Assembly: GCA_050309775.1 (NCBI GenBank)
Contig: JBNRMV010000013.1
Location: 13,255-77,254 of the forward strand
From: Christensenellales bacterium
GTDB taxonomy: Bacteria; Bacillota; Clostridia; Christensenellales; DTU072
Length of the DNA stretch: 64,000 nucleotides
Direction: 5' to 3'
Made by a program: the position numbers and the translations under genes. Each line of letters begins with the position of its first letter. Position 1 is the first letter of the stretch. This document shows positions 1 through 11,217 of this stretch, piece by piece. The notes under the pieces are model-generated. The model had not been told where the DNA came from. It saw only the letters and a program-made list of their open reading frames with translations, and made no database searches.

Positions 1-284
1 ATGGCGGTTGCGCCGATACCGTCACAGTCATAATCGCCATAAAGCACAATGGCTTTTTTGCTTGCAATATGCTTTTTTATTATGCTTTCGGCTGCTTCGA
101 TATTGTGCAGAATTTTGGGAGAAGAAAGCAAAGAAATATCTGCGCTCAGATACTCTTTTATTGCCTGCGGTGTGGTGATATCCCTCATCAGCAGCAGTTT
201 TGCAATCAAAGGCTCAACTCCCGATTGTTCGGCAATTTTTATGATTTCTTGATTTTCAACTGCTTTTCTCTCAATAAATTTCAT
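1..284 (-). CDS. recJ: Single-stranded-DNA-specific exonuclease RecJ, N-terminal ~94 codons only (gene runs off the window start)
   Basis: Absent from the ORF track because it has no stop in the window. Hand translation from ATG (comp. 282-284) gives MKFIERKAVENQEIIKIAEQSGVEPLIAKLLLMRDITTPQAIKEYL...SKKAIVLYGDYDCDGIGATA, the RecJ N-terminus up to DHH motif I (YGDYDxDG). The secDF-recJ order is typical of Firmicutes. Confidence 0.75.
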   Translation of the reverse strand, partial: MKFIERKAVENQEIIKIAEQSGVEPLIAKLLLMRDITTPQAIKEYLSADISLLSSPKILHNIEAAESIIKKHIASKKAIVLYGDYDCDGIGATA

Positions 285-292
285 AATTTTAA

Positions 293-324
293 TTAAAAAA
301 TAGCCCTGTTTTCCGCAGGGCTAT
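293..324 (-). terminator. Intrinsic terminator downstream of secF
   Basis: Stem TAGCCCTG (301-308) pairs with CAGGGCTA (316-323). On the minus strand it is followed by TTTTTT (comp. of the A-run at 295-300). Confidence 0.7.
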
Positions 325-337
325 TTACTTGTTTTGG

Positions 338-1492
338 TTAGGCGTCTTTGGTGGCAAACTTAGTTATGCCTTTGCTTTTTGGTCTGCTCTTTGGCTTGTC
401 GTATGCGCGGCCGGGACTGTTTTTCTTTCTGTTGTGGTTGTCCTTAGCAGTCGTCATCATACCCCAAAGCGGAGCGGCAAGGAAAGCTGAGGAATAAAAA
501 CCTGCAATAAGTCCGAATATAATCGGCAGCGCAAAGGTGCGTATGGAACTTACTCCCATTATAGCAAGTATGGAAATCGTGATAAGCGTTGAGAGGGAGC
601 TATACACGCCGCGGGTAAATGTGGATATAATAGCGTTGTTGACCAGCTCGCCGACTTCATAGCGCTTGTTGGATTGTTTGTAGGGCTTTATATACTCTCT
701 CAATCTGTCAAACACAACAATGGTGCTGTTGATAGAGTATGCAACAATGGTAATAATAGCAGCAACTATTGTGGAGCCAATCTCGACGCGGAATATAACC
801 GTCAGCGCCATCATAATAATCACATCATGCAACAATGCCGCAATTGACGAAGCTGCGCTGAATATGTCAAACCTGATTATTATATAAAGGAACATAACCG
901 CCAGCGCAATAGATACCGAAATCAGCGCCGTTCTTACAAGTTTTATGCTCGACGATGTGCCGATAAGGCTTGCGGTAGTAGTAACACTTATGTCTAAATC
1001 TTTGTATTTTTCGTCTGCATGGAATGCATTGTCTATGTCCGACATAATTTTGTCATTGACTTTTTTCATTTCGACCGTCATTTCGTCGGTGCCATAGTTT
1101 ATGGCGTCCTTGTTCGGGTCATTGCCGTATGCAATGTATGAATACCGCACTACAATAGCGCTCTCGCCGCTAGCTTGAGAAGTAGCAATCTCAAAGCCAT
1201 AGCTTTCCACTACTTTTGTGATAATAGCCACATTGTAATCTCTGTTCGTCTTGTTCATATCAATGGATACATTGGGGTTATTTGACACCATCTCGACATT
1301 GAGCAGCGTACCGCCCTGAAAGTCAACGCCTATGTTGGCAAATTTATCATATTTTGGCGACAGTTGATAAACCGTACCGCAAATAAGCGAAACAAGCACT
1401 ACGAAAAGCGGAACCAGGAAAAATAGTCTTCTGTTTTCGAAAATCCGCATCTTTACCAGTCTGTTTTTTAGCATCTGCATAAATCTTTTCAT
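338..1492 (-). CDS. secF: Protein-export membrane protein SecF, with a basic ~40-aa C-terminal tail
   Basis: 384-aa ORF with an N-terminal TM, a periplasmic domain and a 5-TM C-terminal block (SecD/SecF family pattern). ATGA overlap with the secD stop. Confidence 0.9.
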   Translation of the reverse strand: MKRFMQMLKNRLVKMRIFENRRLFFLVPLFVVLVSLICGTVYQLSPKYDKFANIGVDFQGGTLLNVEMVSNNPNVSIDMNKTNRDYNVAIITKVVESYGFEIATSQASGESAIVVRYSYIAYGNDPNKDAINYGTDEMTVEMKKVNDKIMSDIDNAFHADEKYKDLDISVTTTASLIGTSSSIKLVRTALISVSIALAVMFLYIIIRFDIFSAASSIAALLHDVIIMMALTVIFRVEIGSTIVAAIITIVAYSINSTIVVFDRLREYIKPYKQSNKRYEVGELVNNAIISTFTRGVYSSLSTLITISILAIMGVSSIRTFALPIIFGLIAGFYSSAFLAAPLWGMMTTAKDNHNRKKNSPGRAYDKPKSRPKSKGITKFATKDA

Positions 1493-2790
1493 TCTGCCAC
1501 CTCGCTTTTCTTCAGATTGTAAAGACTTTCATTTTCGTCATCCAGTCCCAATACAGAATTGACCATCAATCTGGTGATTGTAACGGCTGTGAACAATGAC
1601 AGCACTACACCTATCATAAGCGTAAGAGCAAAGCTCTTTATGCCCGATGAGCCGAATATCATCATAACTATGGCTCCTATTATGGTGGTTATGTTGGAGT
1701 CCATAATTGTAATCAATGCTCTTTGGAAGCCTGCTTTTACCGCCGACGGTATGGAGCGATTGCCTTCATACTTAAATTCTTTTATTCTTTCAAAAATAAT
1801 TACATTGGCGTCAACAGCCATACCGATGCTCAGTATGACACCGGCAATACCCGGCAAAGTCAACTGCACCCACGGCACAACTGCAAGCAGCAAAATAAGC
1901 AGCTCAACATAAATAATCAAAGCTATTGATGCGCAAGCGCCCAGCAACCTGTAAAGCAAAACCATAAGAAGACAGATAGCTGCCACGCCTATTGCGCCGG
2001 CTATTATGCTGTTTATGAGCGCCTCATCGCCAAGTGAGGGCGAAATGGTTTCGGAGCGCAGCAAAGTTAATTTAACTTCAGACGCGCCGGCTTTTATTTT
2101 TACGGCATATTCATTTGCTTTCGTGAAGTCTGCGGCGTACTCAGGACTTGTTATGATAGCTTGTCCGTTGGATATTACGCCGTTTACGGTGGGCGACATA
2201 AATTCTTCGCCATCAAGGTATATCTTCAACAATTTGTCTTGAGTGTTGTTGTATACATGCTCCGTAGCTTTTGAGAAAGCCTCGGTCCCTACTTTGTTGA
2301 ATTGCAGCGCAATAACATAAGAACCGTCTTGTTGTGATACCGTGGCGTCATCAAGATGCTTGGAGCCTTCTATCCAAAGAGTGCCTTCGCTGTCCTTGAA
2401 TTCCAGCACGGCGGGCTTGGCTATAAGCGCCATAAGCTGCTCTGTATCCTGAATGTCGGGAACTTCCACACGAATTTCGTTGGCGCCTTGTCTTGTTACG
2501 ACGGCTTCCGAATAGCCCCTTGAAAACAACAAACTTTCCAAATTGTTTATGGCGCCGTCAATAGCCCCCTCTGGGTTTGACAGTCCATCTGTATTTGCTG
2601 AATATTCTGCGTACATGCCGCCTTTCAGGTCAAGACCCTGTCTGATAGCCGAAGAAATCCAATAGAAATCGTAATTCGTATCGCCTATCTGAAAGGATTC
2701 CTTGCCGTTCAGCGGCACAATAACCAAAGCCATCGCAATAATAAATACTGCAACAAGCGATAGTATAATAATTGATTTTTTCCTGCTCAC
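1489..2790 (-). CDS. secD: Protein-export membrane protein SecD
   Basis: 433-aa ORF with GTG start and GGAGG 7 nt upstream. The motif LDLKGGMY and the C-terminal 6-TM SecD/F domain are present. Confidence 0.9.
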   Translation of the reverse strand: MSRKKSIIILSLVAVFIIAMALVIVPLNGKESFQIGDTNYDFYWISSAIRQGLDLKGGMYAEYSANTDGLSNPEGAIDGAINNLESLLFSRGYSEAVVTRQGANEIRVEVPDIQDTEQLMALIAKPAVLEFKDSEGTLWIEGSKHLDDATVSQQDGSYVIALQFNKVGTEAFSKATEHVYNNTQDKLLKIYLDGEEFMSPTVNGVISNGQAIITSPEYAADFTKANEYAVKIKAGASEVKLTLLRSETISPSLGDEALINSIIAGAIGVAAICLLMVLLYRLLGACASIALIIYVELLILLLAVVPWVQLTLPGIAGVILSIGMAVDANVIIFERIKEFKYEGNRSIPSAVKAGFQRALITIMDSNITTIIGAIVMMIFGSSGIKSFALTLMIGVVLSLFTAVTITRLMVNSVLGLDDENESLYNLKKSEVAE

Positions 2791-2820
2791 CGACTTGCCT
2801 CCAAGTTGTTAATCTTAAAT

Positions 2821-2849
2821 ATTATATATGTTTTGTTTTTTTTAGTCAA
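2821..2849 (-). promoter_or_regulatory. Sigma-70-type promoter for secDF
   Basis: Minus strand reads TTGACT (comp. 2844-2849), 17-nt spacer, TATAAT (comp. 2821-2826), about 30 nt upstream of the secD SD. Confidence 0.5.
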
Positions 2850-2873
2850 CAAATAATAAGAAATAAAGAGAAT

Positions 2874-4253
2874 TTATACAGAAACTTTGTTGCGCTCACC
2901 TTCTAGGATTTTTTCTATGCCGGCAATTGCAAGGCTTAGTTCAAACCGCTTTTTTGTCAGTTCGCAACCTATATCATAGGTTGCGTCCAGTTTTCCGCAC
3001 ATATTCTGCGCATTGGCTGCGCAACCGCCTCCGCAATAGTATTTTGCAAAGCATTCCAGACATTTTGGTTTGCTCATAATTGAAATGTCTGAAAAATTCT
3101 CCCGTATGTCCTGTCTGTTTATGCCGTCAAATACATTGCCCAATACAAACTCCCGTTTGCCGACAAACTGATGACACGGATATATCTCACCCGTCGGGCT
3201 TACTGAAAGGTACTCCGTGCCTGCGCCGCAACCCGTCAAACGCTTGTTTATGCAAGGTCCGCAATCAAGGTCTACCATGAAGTGAAAGAAATTAAACCGC
3301 TTCTCTGTCTGCCTTCTGTCAAGATATATGTTGGCAAAGCGGCTGTATTCGTCCTTTATGTCGGCTATATGTCCATGTTTTATGGCAAGCGGCGAACTTT
3401 CGGGCAGCACCACCGGCTCTACTGATATTTGGTCAAAACCCATATCGTTCAGCGCCAGTATGTCCTCGGCAAAATCAAGGTTACGCGCGGTAAATGTGCC
3501 GCGTACATAATAGCTCTTGTTGCCGCGCGCGGCTGCAAACTTCTTTATGTTCTCCGCAATCTCCTCGTATGAGATGCCGTCAAGGCTTTTGCGGACGCTG
3601 TCATGGGTCTTTTTTCTGCCGTCAATACTAAGCACAACATTGTACATTTCTTTGTTGAGATAATCTATTGTCTCCTCGTCCAGCAGTACGCAGTTTGTGG
3701 TGAGCGTGAACGAAAATTCTTTGCCTCGCTCCGCCGCTCTTTTCTTTGCGTATTCAACAGTTTCTTTGACGACATCAATGTTCAGCAAAGGCTCTCCGCC
3801 AAAAAAATCAATCTCAAGACTTTTTCGGCGGCCGCTGTTCTCAATAAGAAAATCTACGGCTTTCTTTGCCACTTCGGCAGACATATAATCCCTTGCGGTA
3901 TTGTAGCTGCCGCCGCTTGCAAAACAATAGCTGCAACGCATATTGCAGTCGTGACAAATGTTCAGGCACAATGCTTTTGTGATAACGGGATTTTTTTTGA
4001 ATTCGGTCAGCATGGGCGGCGCATTCAGGGCGCCCTCTTGCTCCAACTCGTCAAAATAATTCTCTATATCAACAAGTTCGTTCAGCGGCGCAGATTCAAG
4101 CGACCTTTGTTCCTCTGACGAAAGTTCTCCCCCGTACCTTTTCTTTGCACACAAAAAAGCGACAAAATCCACGCTGTGCAGACTGCCACTTTCTGTATCC
4201 CATAAAAAATAATAGTCTTTATGATTATATTTATGGTTAAAAGAATGAACCAT
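2874..4253 (-). CDS. scfB: Radical SAM/SPASM thioether-forming maturase of the SCIFF peptide (ranthipeptide synthase)
   Basis: 459 aa. Radical-SAM cluster motif CNMRCSYC (CX3CX2C) and C-terminal SPASM motif CLECFAKYYCGGGC (CX2CX5CX3C), preceded by GCGAGTEYLSVSPTGEIYPC. Start ATG overlaps the stop of the SCIFF precursor. Confidence 0.85.
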   Translation of the reverse strand: MVHSFNHKYNHKDYYFLWDTESGSLHSVDFVAFLCAKKRYGGELSSEEQRSLESAPLNELVDIENYFDELEQEGALNAPPMLTEFKKNPVITKALCLNICHDCNMRCSYCFASGGSYNTARDYMSAEVAKKAVDFLIENSGRRKSLEIDFFGGEPLLNIDVVKETVEYAKKRAAERGKEFSFTLTTNCVLLDEETIDYLNKEMYNVVLSIDGRKKTHDSVRKSLDGISYEEIAENIKKFAAARGNKSYYVRGTFTARNLDFAEDILALNDMGFDQISVEPVVLPESSPLAIKHGHIADIKDEYSRFANIYLDRRQTEKRFNFFHFMVDLDCGPCINKRLTGCGAGTEYLSVSPTGEIYPCHQFVGKREFVLGNVFDGINRQDIRENFSDISIMSKPKCLECFAKYYCGGGCAANAQNMCGKLDATYDIGCELTKKRFELSLAIAGIEKILEGERNKVSV

Positions 4254-4423
4254 TATTGAGGTTTTTTCTCGATATTATGTATCTTTTCGTCCTGTTTGCA
4301 GGATTGGTTGCCGACGGTGCAGCTGGTTTTGCATGCTGATTGGCAAGACGATTGGCACTCGCCGCAGCCTGTTGAATGTGTTTTGCAAAGTGATTTCTTG
4401 AAAAGTGTGCTTATACGCTTCAT
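4253..4423 (-). CDS. scfA: SCIFF (six-cysteines-in-forty-five) ranthipeptide precursor, 56 aa
   Basis: Below the ORF-track size cutoff. Hand translation gives MKRISTLFKKSLCKTHSTGCGECQSSCQSACKTSCTVGNQSCKQDEKIHNIEKKPQ. GAGGT lies 7 nt upstream of the ATG (comp. 4421-4423). The TAA overlaps the maturase ATG (TAATG). Confidence 0.85.
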   Translation of the reverse strand: MKRISTLFKKSLCKTHSTGCGECQSSCQSACKTSCTVGNQSCKQDEKIHNIEKKPQ

Positions 4424-4449
4424 TGTTATTACCTCACTATTTTTGTATT

Positions 4450-4478
4450 ATTATATAACTTCCATTGGCATAAATCAA
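4450..4478 (-). promoter_or_regulatory. Sigma-70-type promoter for scfA-scfB
   Basis: Minus strand reads TTGATT (comp. 4473-4478), 17 nt, TATAAT (comp. 4450-4455), about 25 nt upstream of the scfA SD. Confidence 0.45.
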
Positions 4479-4549
4479 GGAAAATAGCAAAACAAATAGG
4501 CATATCACGCAGACGGCATGAATAAAGTTTATTTAGGCGGAGGGTTTAT

Positions 4550-4939
4550 ATGAAAAAATTAGCTATTAACAAAACAAATATTTACGATTTGGTGAAGGCT
4601 TGCATAATCGCAATAATCATTTCTCTATTGAGCGTACTGATACTTGCTCTCGTCGTCAAGATATTCACCGTTGACAGCAAGGTCATTATGCCGATAAATC
4701 AAACAATAAAGATTATCAGCATACTTGGAGGCTGTTTCTTTGGTTTCAGCTGCCGGGAAAAAGGCGCGCTGAAAGGTGGAATTGTCGGTGTTTTCTATAC
4801 AATATTGTCCATACTTGTCTTTGGCATTGTAGAAAAAAGCGTCAGCTTCAAAAATTTCAACTGGCTTGACCTAATCGCAGGCATCATTGCGGGTATTGTA
4901 AGCGGCATTCTTGCGGTAAATTTGCGAAAACAAAAATAA
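4550..4939 (+). CDS. Small 4-TM membrane protein, function unknown (possibly TIGR04086/YrzE-like)
   Basis: 129-aa ORF with GGAGGG SD 6 nt upstream, four hydrophobic helices and a terminator downstream. Confidence 0.6.
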   Translation: MKKLAINKTNIYDLVKACIIAIIISLLSVLILALVVKIFTVDSKVIMPINQTIKIISILGGCFFGFSCREKGALKGGIVGVFYTILSILVFGIVEKSVSFKNFNWLDLIAGIIAGIVSGILAVNLRKQK

Positions 4940-5011
4940 CTTTTCAAATCATAAAATCACACTTAATATACGCTGTCACCTGTTGATTGCGCAACCGTTC
5001 TTCTTAACATG

Positions 5012-5050
5012 AAAAAATCCCCTTTTCAACACAGGGGATTTATTGTTTTT
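5012..5050. terminator. Bidirectional intrinsic terminator between convergent genes
   Basis: Stem AATCCCC (5016-5022) pairs with GGGGATT (5034-5040). It is flanked by an A-run on the left and a T-rich run on the right. Confidence 0.65.
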
Positions 5051-5076
5051 CATCGATTTGTCAGGTCAAATAAAAA

Positions 5077-5361
5077 CTATTTGTCCAGTTTTGTGCGAAC
5101 GGCGTTCTTTATTATTGTGACCACCGTGGGCTCTTCTTCTGTGCCGACATTTATGAGATATCTGTCGTTCTCGGCGTCAATGGATATTATGGTGCCTACG
5201 AAGCCGCCAATTGTCATAACCTTGTCGCCTGTGGTTATGGAACTCAGCATTTCTGCCATCTTCTTTTTTTGTTTTCTTTGGGGAACAATCGTCATGACTA
5301 TCATCAGGACAAAGAATACTCCCATTATTACCAGTATCGGCCAGCTGCCACCTTCAAACAT
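5077..5361 (-). CDS. yajC: Preprotein translocase subunit YajC
   Basis: 94 aa with a single N-terminal TM, then QRKQKKKMAEMLSSITTGDKVMTIGGFVGTI, the YajC signature. Confidence 0.9.
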   Translation of the reverse strand: MFEGGSWPILVIMGVFFVLMIVMTIVPQRKQKKKMAEMLSSITTGDKVMTIGGFVGTIISIDAENDRYLINVGTEEEPTVVTIIKNAVRTKLDK

Positions 5362-5435
5362 TTTGTTTCTCTCCTCTATTTAGATTGTAATATCAATATT
5401 ACACTACCGCAATGAATAAATCAAGTAAATTATGG

Positions 5436-7597
<2,162 letters not shown>

Positions 7598-7617
7598 ATT
7601 CTTAAAAAATTTCCGCC

Positions 7618-8655
7618 TTATTCGTTGCCGTCCATATCAAATATTGTCGTCTGTTCGCCCTTGCATACCAGTCCCAAATGCTCATATGCGCGTTTCAGGC
7701 AAACTCTGCCTCTCGGCGTGCGTGTAATGAAACCAAGCTGCAGCAAATACGGCTCATATACATCTTCTATTGTGTTGGACTCTTCTCCCGACGCCGCCGC
7801 CAGCGTGTCCAACCCGACAGGACCGCCGTTGAACTTGTCTATGATGGTGGTAAGAATATTTTTGTCAACATTGTCAAGCCCCAACTCGTCTATTTCCATG
7901 TTCAACAAGGCTTTTCTGGTCACCGCAAGAGTAATAGTGTCCAATCCGTCGTATTGGGCAAAATCCCTGACTCTTTTCAACAGTCTGTTGGCAATTCTCG
8001 GTGTTCCTCTGGAGCGGCGCGCAATCTCCATACTGGCGACAGGCTCGATACTTATATTCAAAATTCTTGCCGAACGGGTGATAATGGTCGACAATTCCTC
8101 AGTATTATACAGCTCAAGGCGAAACATAACGCCAAATCTGTCACGCAACGGCGAAGACAACATACCTGCGCGCGTTGTGGCGCCGATAAGTGTGAATTTC
8201 GGCAAAGTCAGCCTTATTGTTCTGGCTGACGGACCTTTGCCAAGCACCATATCCAGCGAATAGTCCTCCATCGCAGGGTATAAGATTTCTTCTACATTGT
8301 GGTTCAATCGGTGGATTTCGTCAATGAATAATATTGAATTATTGTTCAGGTTGGTAAGAATGGCGGCAAGGTCGCCTGCTCTTTCTATTGCCGGACCTGA
8401 TGTTATTCTTATTTCGGAGCCCATCTCATTGGCTATTATATGGCTAAGCGTGGTTTTGCCCAGTCCAGGCGGTCCGTAAAGCAAAACATGGTCAAGCGCC
8501 TCCCCTCTTTTTTTTGCCGAATGCATAAAAACATTCAGGTTGCCCTTTATTTTTTCTTGCCCAATGTAGTCCTCAAGCGATTTTGGGCGCAACACATTTT
8601 CGTTTTCGTCGTTTTCAACCTTTACGGCCGTTACCAGCCTTTCTTCTTCAAACAT
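7618..8655 (-). CDS. ruvB: Holliday junction branch migration ATPase RuvB
   Basis: Walker [10 protein letters not shown], Walker B LFIDEIHR, and the RuvB C-terminal winged helix. Confidence 0.95.
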   Translation of the reverse strand: MFEEERLVTAVKVENDENENVLRPKSLEDYIGQEKIKGNLNVFMHSAKKRGEALDHVLLYGPPGLGKTTLSHIIANEMGSEIRITSGPAIERAGDLAAILTNLNNNSILFIDEIHRLNHNVEEILYPAMEDYSLDMVLGKGPSARTIRLTLPKFTLIGATTRAGMLSSPLRDRFGVMFRLELYNTEELSTIITRSARILNISIEPVASMEIARRSRGTPRIANRLLKRVRDFAQYDGLDTITLAVTRKALLNMEIDELGLDNVDKNILTTIIDKFNGGPVGLDTLAAASGEESNTIEDVYEPYLLQLGFITRTPRGRVCLKRAYEHLGLVCKGEQTTIFDMDGNE

Positions 8656-8675
8656 TTTTCCTCAAATTATTTTTA

Positions 8676-9263
8676 TTATAGATTTTTCAACGCCTTTGAT
8701 ATAAGGTCTTCAATATTTTGCGCGCCGTCTTTGGCTTTCTTTACGGCGGCGATGGCTTCTTTCTGTCCTATACCCAAGCTGCGTAGCGCCAGTATGGCGT
8801 CTGCGCTGTCACGGTCGACGGGTATGTCCTCAATCTCAACGCTCTCTGCTGCGGCAAAATCCGTCTCCAGACTTTCTCTAAGTTCAAGCACCAACCTTTC
8901 GGCGGTCTTTTTGCCTACGCCCTTGACTTTGGACAATGTTTTCAAATCCCTTGTGATTATTGCCGTAACAAGCTGTGAAAGTTCTATGCCCGACAATATG
9001 CTCATAGCCGCTTTGGGTCCTATGCCGGTGACAGAAATCAACTTCATAAACATATTCTTTTCTTCCATTGTATAAAAGCCGTACAGTGACACGCCGTCGT
9101 CACGCACCTGCATATAGCAAAATAATTTTATGTCCTTGCCCTGCGTGTTGGCTTTGACAATAGTAGACGCCGAAACCGACAACTCATATCCTATGCCGCC
9201 GTTGTCAATTATTATTACGCCGTTGCCGGCAGATACCAATTCGCCTTTTATAAACGCTATCAT
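8676..9263 (-). CDS. ruvA: Holliday junction DNA helicase subunit RuvA
   Basis: Start moved to MIAFIKGEL, the canonical RuvA N-terminus. The longer ORF would overlap ruvC. HhH motifs GIGPKAA and GVGKKTAERL are present. Confidence 0.9.
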   Translation of the reverse strand: MIAFIKGELVSAGNGVIIIDNGGIGYELSVSASTIVKANTQGKDIKLFCYMQVRDDGVSLYGFYTMEEKNMFMKLISVTGIGPKAAMSILSGIELSQLVTAIITRDLKTLSKVKGVGKKTAERLVLELRESLETDFAAAESVEIEDIPVDRDSADAILALRSLGIGQKEAIAAVKKAKDGAQNIEDLISKALKNL

Positions 9264-9270
9264 TTTTCTC

Positions 9271-9765
9271 CTATTTGATGCCGAACATATTTGCCAGTTT
9301 GTTGCTTTGCGCATGGGTCAAAGCCACCGCCAGCGCGTCTGCGGCATCGTCGGGTCGCGGAATGTCCGTCAATCCCAACATAATCTTTACCATTTGTTGA
9401 ATTTGGTTTTTGTCCGCTCTGCCATAGCCCGTCATCGCCTGTTTGATTTGTAACGGGGTGTATTCAAAGAGGTTTTGGCAATTTTGCATACATGATACAA
9501 GAATTGCACCTCTTGCCTCTGCGACAAATATTGCCGTCTTTCTGTTGTTCTGAAAAAACAATTCCTCAATAGAAATTGCGTCAGGGCGATATTTGTCTAT
9601 CAATTCTGTAATACACTTTGCGATAAATGTAAGTCTCTGGGGCAGGGTCTGCGTTTTTGGCGTTGTGATGACGCCGTATCCCAACGCAACATTTTTTGAG
9701 CCTTCGCTTCTTATTATGCCATACCCCACTGTGGCATATCCGGGGTCTATTCCCAAAATAACCAT
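9271..9765 (-). CDS. ruvC: Crossover junction endodeoxyribonuclease RuvC
   Basis: 164 aa with ILGIDPGYATVGYG and C-terminal DAADALAVALTH. Confidence 0.95.
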   Translation of the reverse strand: MVILGIDPGYATVGYGIIRSEGSKNVALGYGVITTPKTQTLPQRLTFIAKCITELIDKYRPDAISIEELFFQNNRKTAIFVAEARGAILVSCMQNCQNLFEYTPLQIKQAMTGYGRADKNQIQQMVKIMLGLTDIPRPDDAADALAVALTHAQSNKLANMFGIK

Positions 9766-9844
9766 ATTGATATGATACTAAAGATAATGTGTTTAGTCAA
9801 TTCATTAACAAATTTTATTTACCTGCCAAAACCAAACGGCTGAA

Positions 9845-9871
9845 TGCATAAAATTAAAGGTTTTTTATGCA
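9845..9871. promoter_or_regulatory. Perfect 9-bp inverted repeat in the ruvC/argG divergent region (possible operator)
   Basis: TGCATAAAA (9845-9853), 9 nt, TTTTATGCA (9863-9871). No T-run on either side, so it is not a terminator. Confidence 0.3.
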
Positions 9872-9887
9872 GCAGAGGCAAATTTAG

Positions 9888-9916
9888 TTGTATATTTATT
9901 CACAAAGATGTATAAT
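9888..9916 (+). promoter_or_regulatory. argGH promoter with overlapping ARG-box-like palindrome
   Basis: TTGTAT (9888-9893), 17 nt, TATAAT (9911-9916). The 16-mer TTGTATATTTATTCAC (9888-9903) has the TGNAT-W4-ATNCA symmetry of ArgR/AhrC boxes. It matches 12 of 16 positions of the element at the argD promoter, in the same register. Confidence 0.5.
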
Positions 9917-9952
9917 AGCTAAAAATAACTTATTATCAATCAGGAGAATCAT

Positions 9953-11170
9953 ATGAAGGTTGTATTAGCTTATTCGGGAGGTCTTGATACCTCGATTATC
10001 ATTCCATGGCTCAAAGAAAATTATGAAAACTGCGAAGTAATCTGCGTGGCAGGCGATGTCGGTCAAGGCGAAGAACTTGCTCCCCTGCACGAAAAAGCAA
10101 AGCGGAGCGGCGCCAGCAAATTATATATTGAGGATTTGAAAGAAGAGTTTGTAAAAGACGCCGTCTTTCCGTTGATAAAAGCCGGAGCGCTGTATGAACA
10201 AAAATATTTGCTTGGCACTTCCATAGCCCGTCCGATTATCGCAAAAAGACTTGTCGAAATAGCCGAAAAAGAAAATGCCGACGCCATTTGCCACGGTTGC
10301 ACAGGAAAAGGCAATGACCAGGTTCGTTTTGAACTGACTATCAGAGCGCTGAATCCCTATCTGAAGATTATTGCGCCTTGGAGAATATGGAACATAAAAT
10401 CAAGGGAAGAAGCCATAGACTATGCCGCGGCGCGCAACATTCCGCTGCCCGTCACTAAGAAAAAGCCCTATTCCATGGACAGAAACATACTTCACCTTTC
10501 GCACGAAGGGCACGACCTTGAAAACCCGTGGAATCAGTTCAAAGACAACTTGCTTTTGATATGCAAAACTCCTGAACAAGCGCCCGACAAAGCCGAATAT
10601 GTCACCATTGACTTCAAAAAAGGCATTCCGACAGCCATAAACGGCAAAAAACATGGCGCTGTCGAAATTATGACCACACTGAACGAAATAGGCGCAAGAA
10701 ACGCAATCGGCATTGACGATATGGTAGAAAACCGACTTGTAGGTATGAAATCAAGAGGCGTTTATGAAACGCCTGGAGGCACAATTCTCATGAAAGCCCA
10801 CAAGGAACTGGAAGAGCTTTGCCTTGACCGCAATACCGCTCATTATAAGGAACTTGTTGCATGCAAGTTTGCCGAACTGGCATATGACGGCAACTGGTAT
10901 ACTCCGTTGATGGACGCAATACAAGCCTTTGTCGACAAAACGCAAGAGACCGTCACCGGCACCGTCGTAATGAAACTTTATAAAGGCAACTGTGTCGTAG
11001 CAAAAAAGAAAAGCCCCTATTCGCTACATGATATAGATTTGTCAACCTTCGGAGAAGACGAAATCTATAACCAAAAGGACAGCGAAGGCTTCATAAATCT
11101 GTTCGGACTGCCGCTCCAGATGCGCGCCATAAAGATTGGCGACTACAAGAAAAAACTAATCAAAAAATAG
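9953..11170 (+). CDS. argG: Argininosuccinate synthase
   Basis: 405 aa with AYSGGLDTS and [13 protein letters not shown] motifs. AGGAG SD is present. Confidence 0.95.
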   Translation: MKVVLAYSGGLDTSIIIPWLKENYENCEVICVAGDVGQGEELAPLHEKAKRSGASKLYIEDLKEEFVKDAVFPLIKAGALYEQKYLLGTSIARPIIAKRLVEIAEKENADAICHGCTGKGNDQVRFELTIRALNPYLKIIAPWRIWNIKSREEAIDYAAARNIPLPVTKKKPYSMDRNILHLSHEGHDLENPWNQFKDNLLLICKTPEQAPDKAEYVTIDFKKGIPTAINGKKHGAVEIMTTLNEIGARNAIGIDDMVENRLVGMKSRGVYETPGGTILMKAHKELEELCLDRNTAHYKELVACKFAELAYDGNWYTPLMDAIQAFVDKTQETVTGTVVMKLYKGNCVVAKKKSPYSLHDIDLSTFGEDEIYNQKDSEGFINLFGLPLQMRAIKIGDYKKKLIKK

Positions 11171-11217
11171 CATAATTATGCGCCCTTGAGAGCACGCAAA
11201 GATATTAAGGAGTTATC

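Noticed and set aside
49-296. Two plus-strand ORFs (67 and 75 aa) at the window start
   Set aside because: They are shadows of the recJ N-terminus, which is encoded on the minus strand and gives a recognisable DHH-family translation.
9264-9314. 17-codon N-terminal extension of ruvA (MRKATNWQICSASNRRK)
   Set aside because: It would overlap the ruvC 3' end. The canonical RuvA N-terminus MIAFIKGEL starts at 9263.
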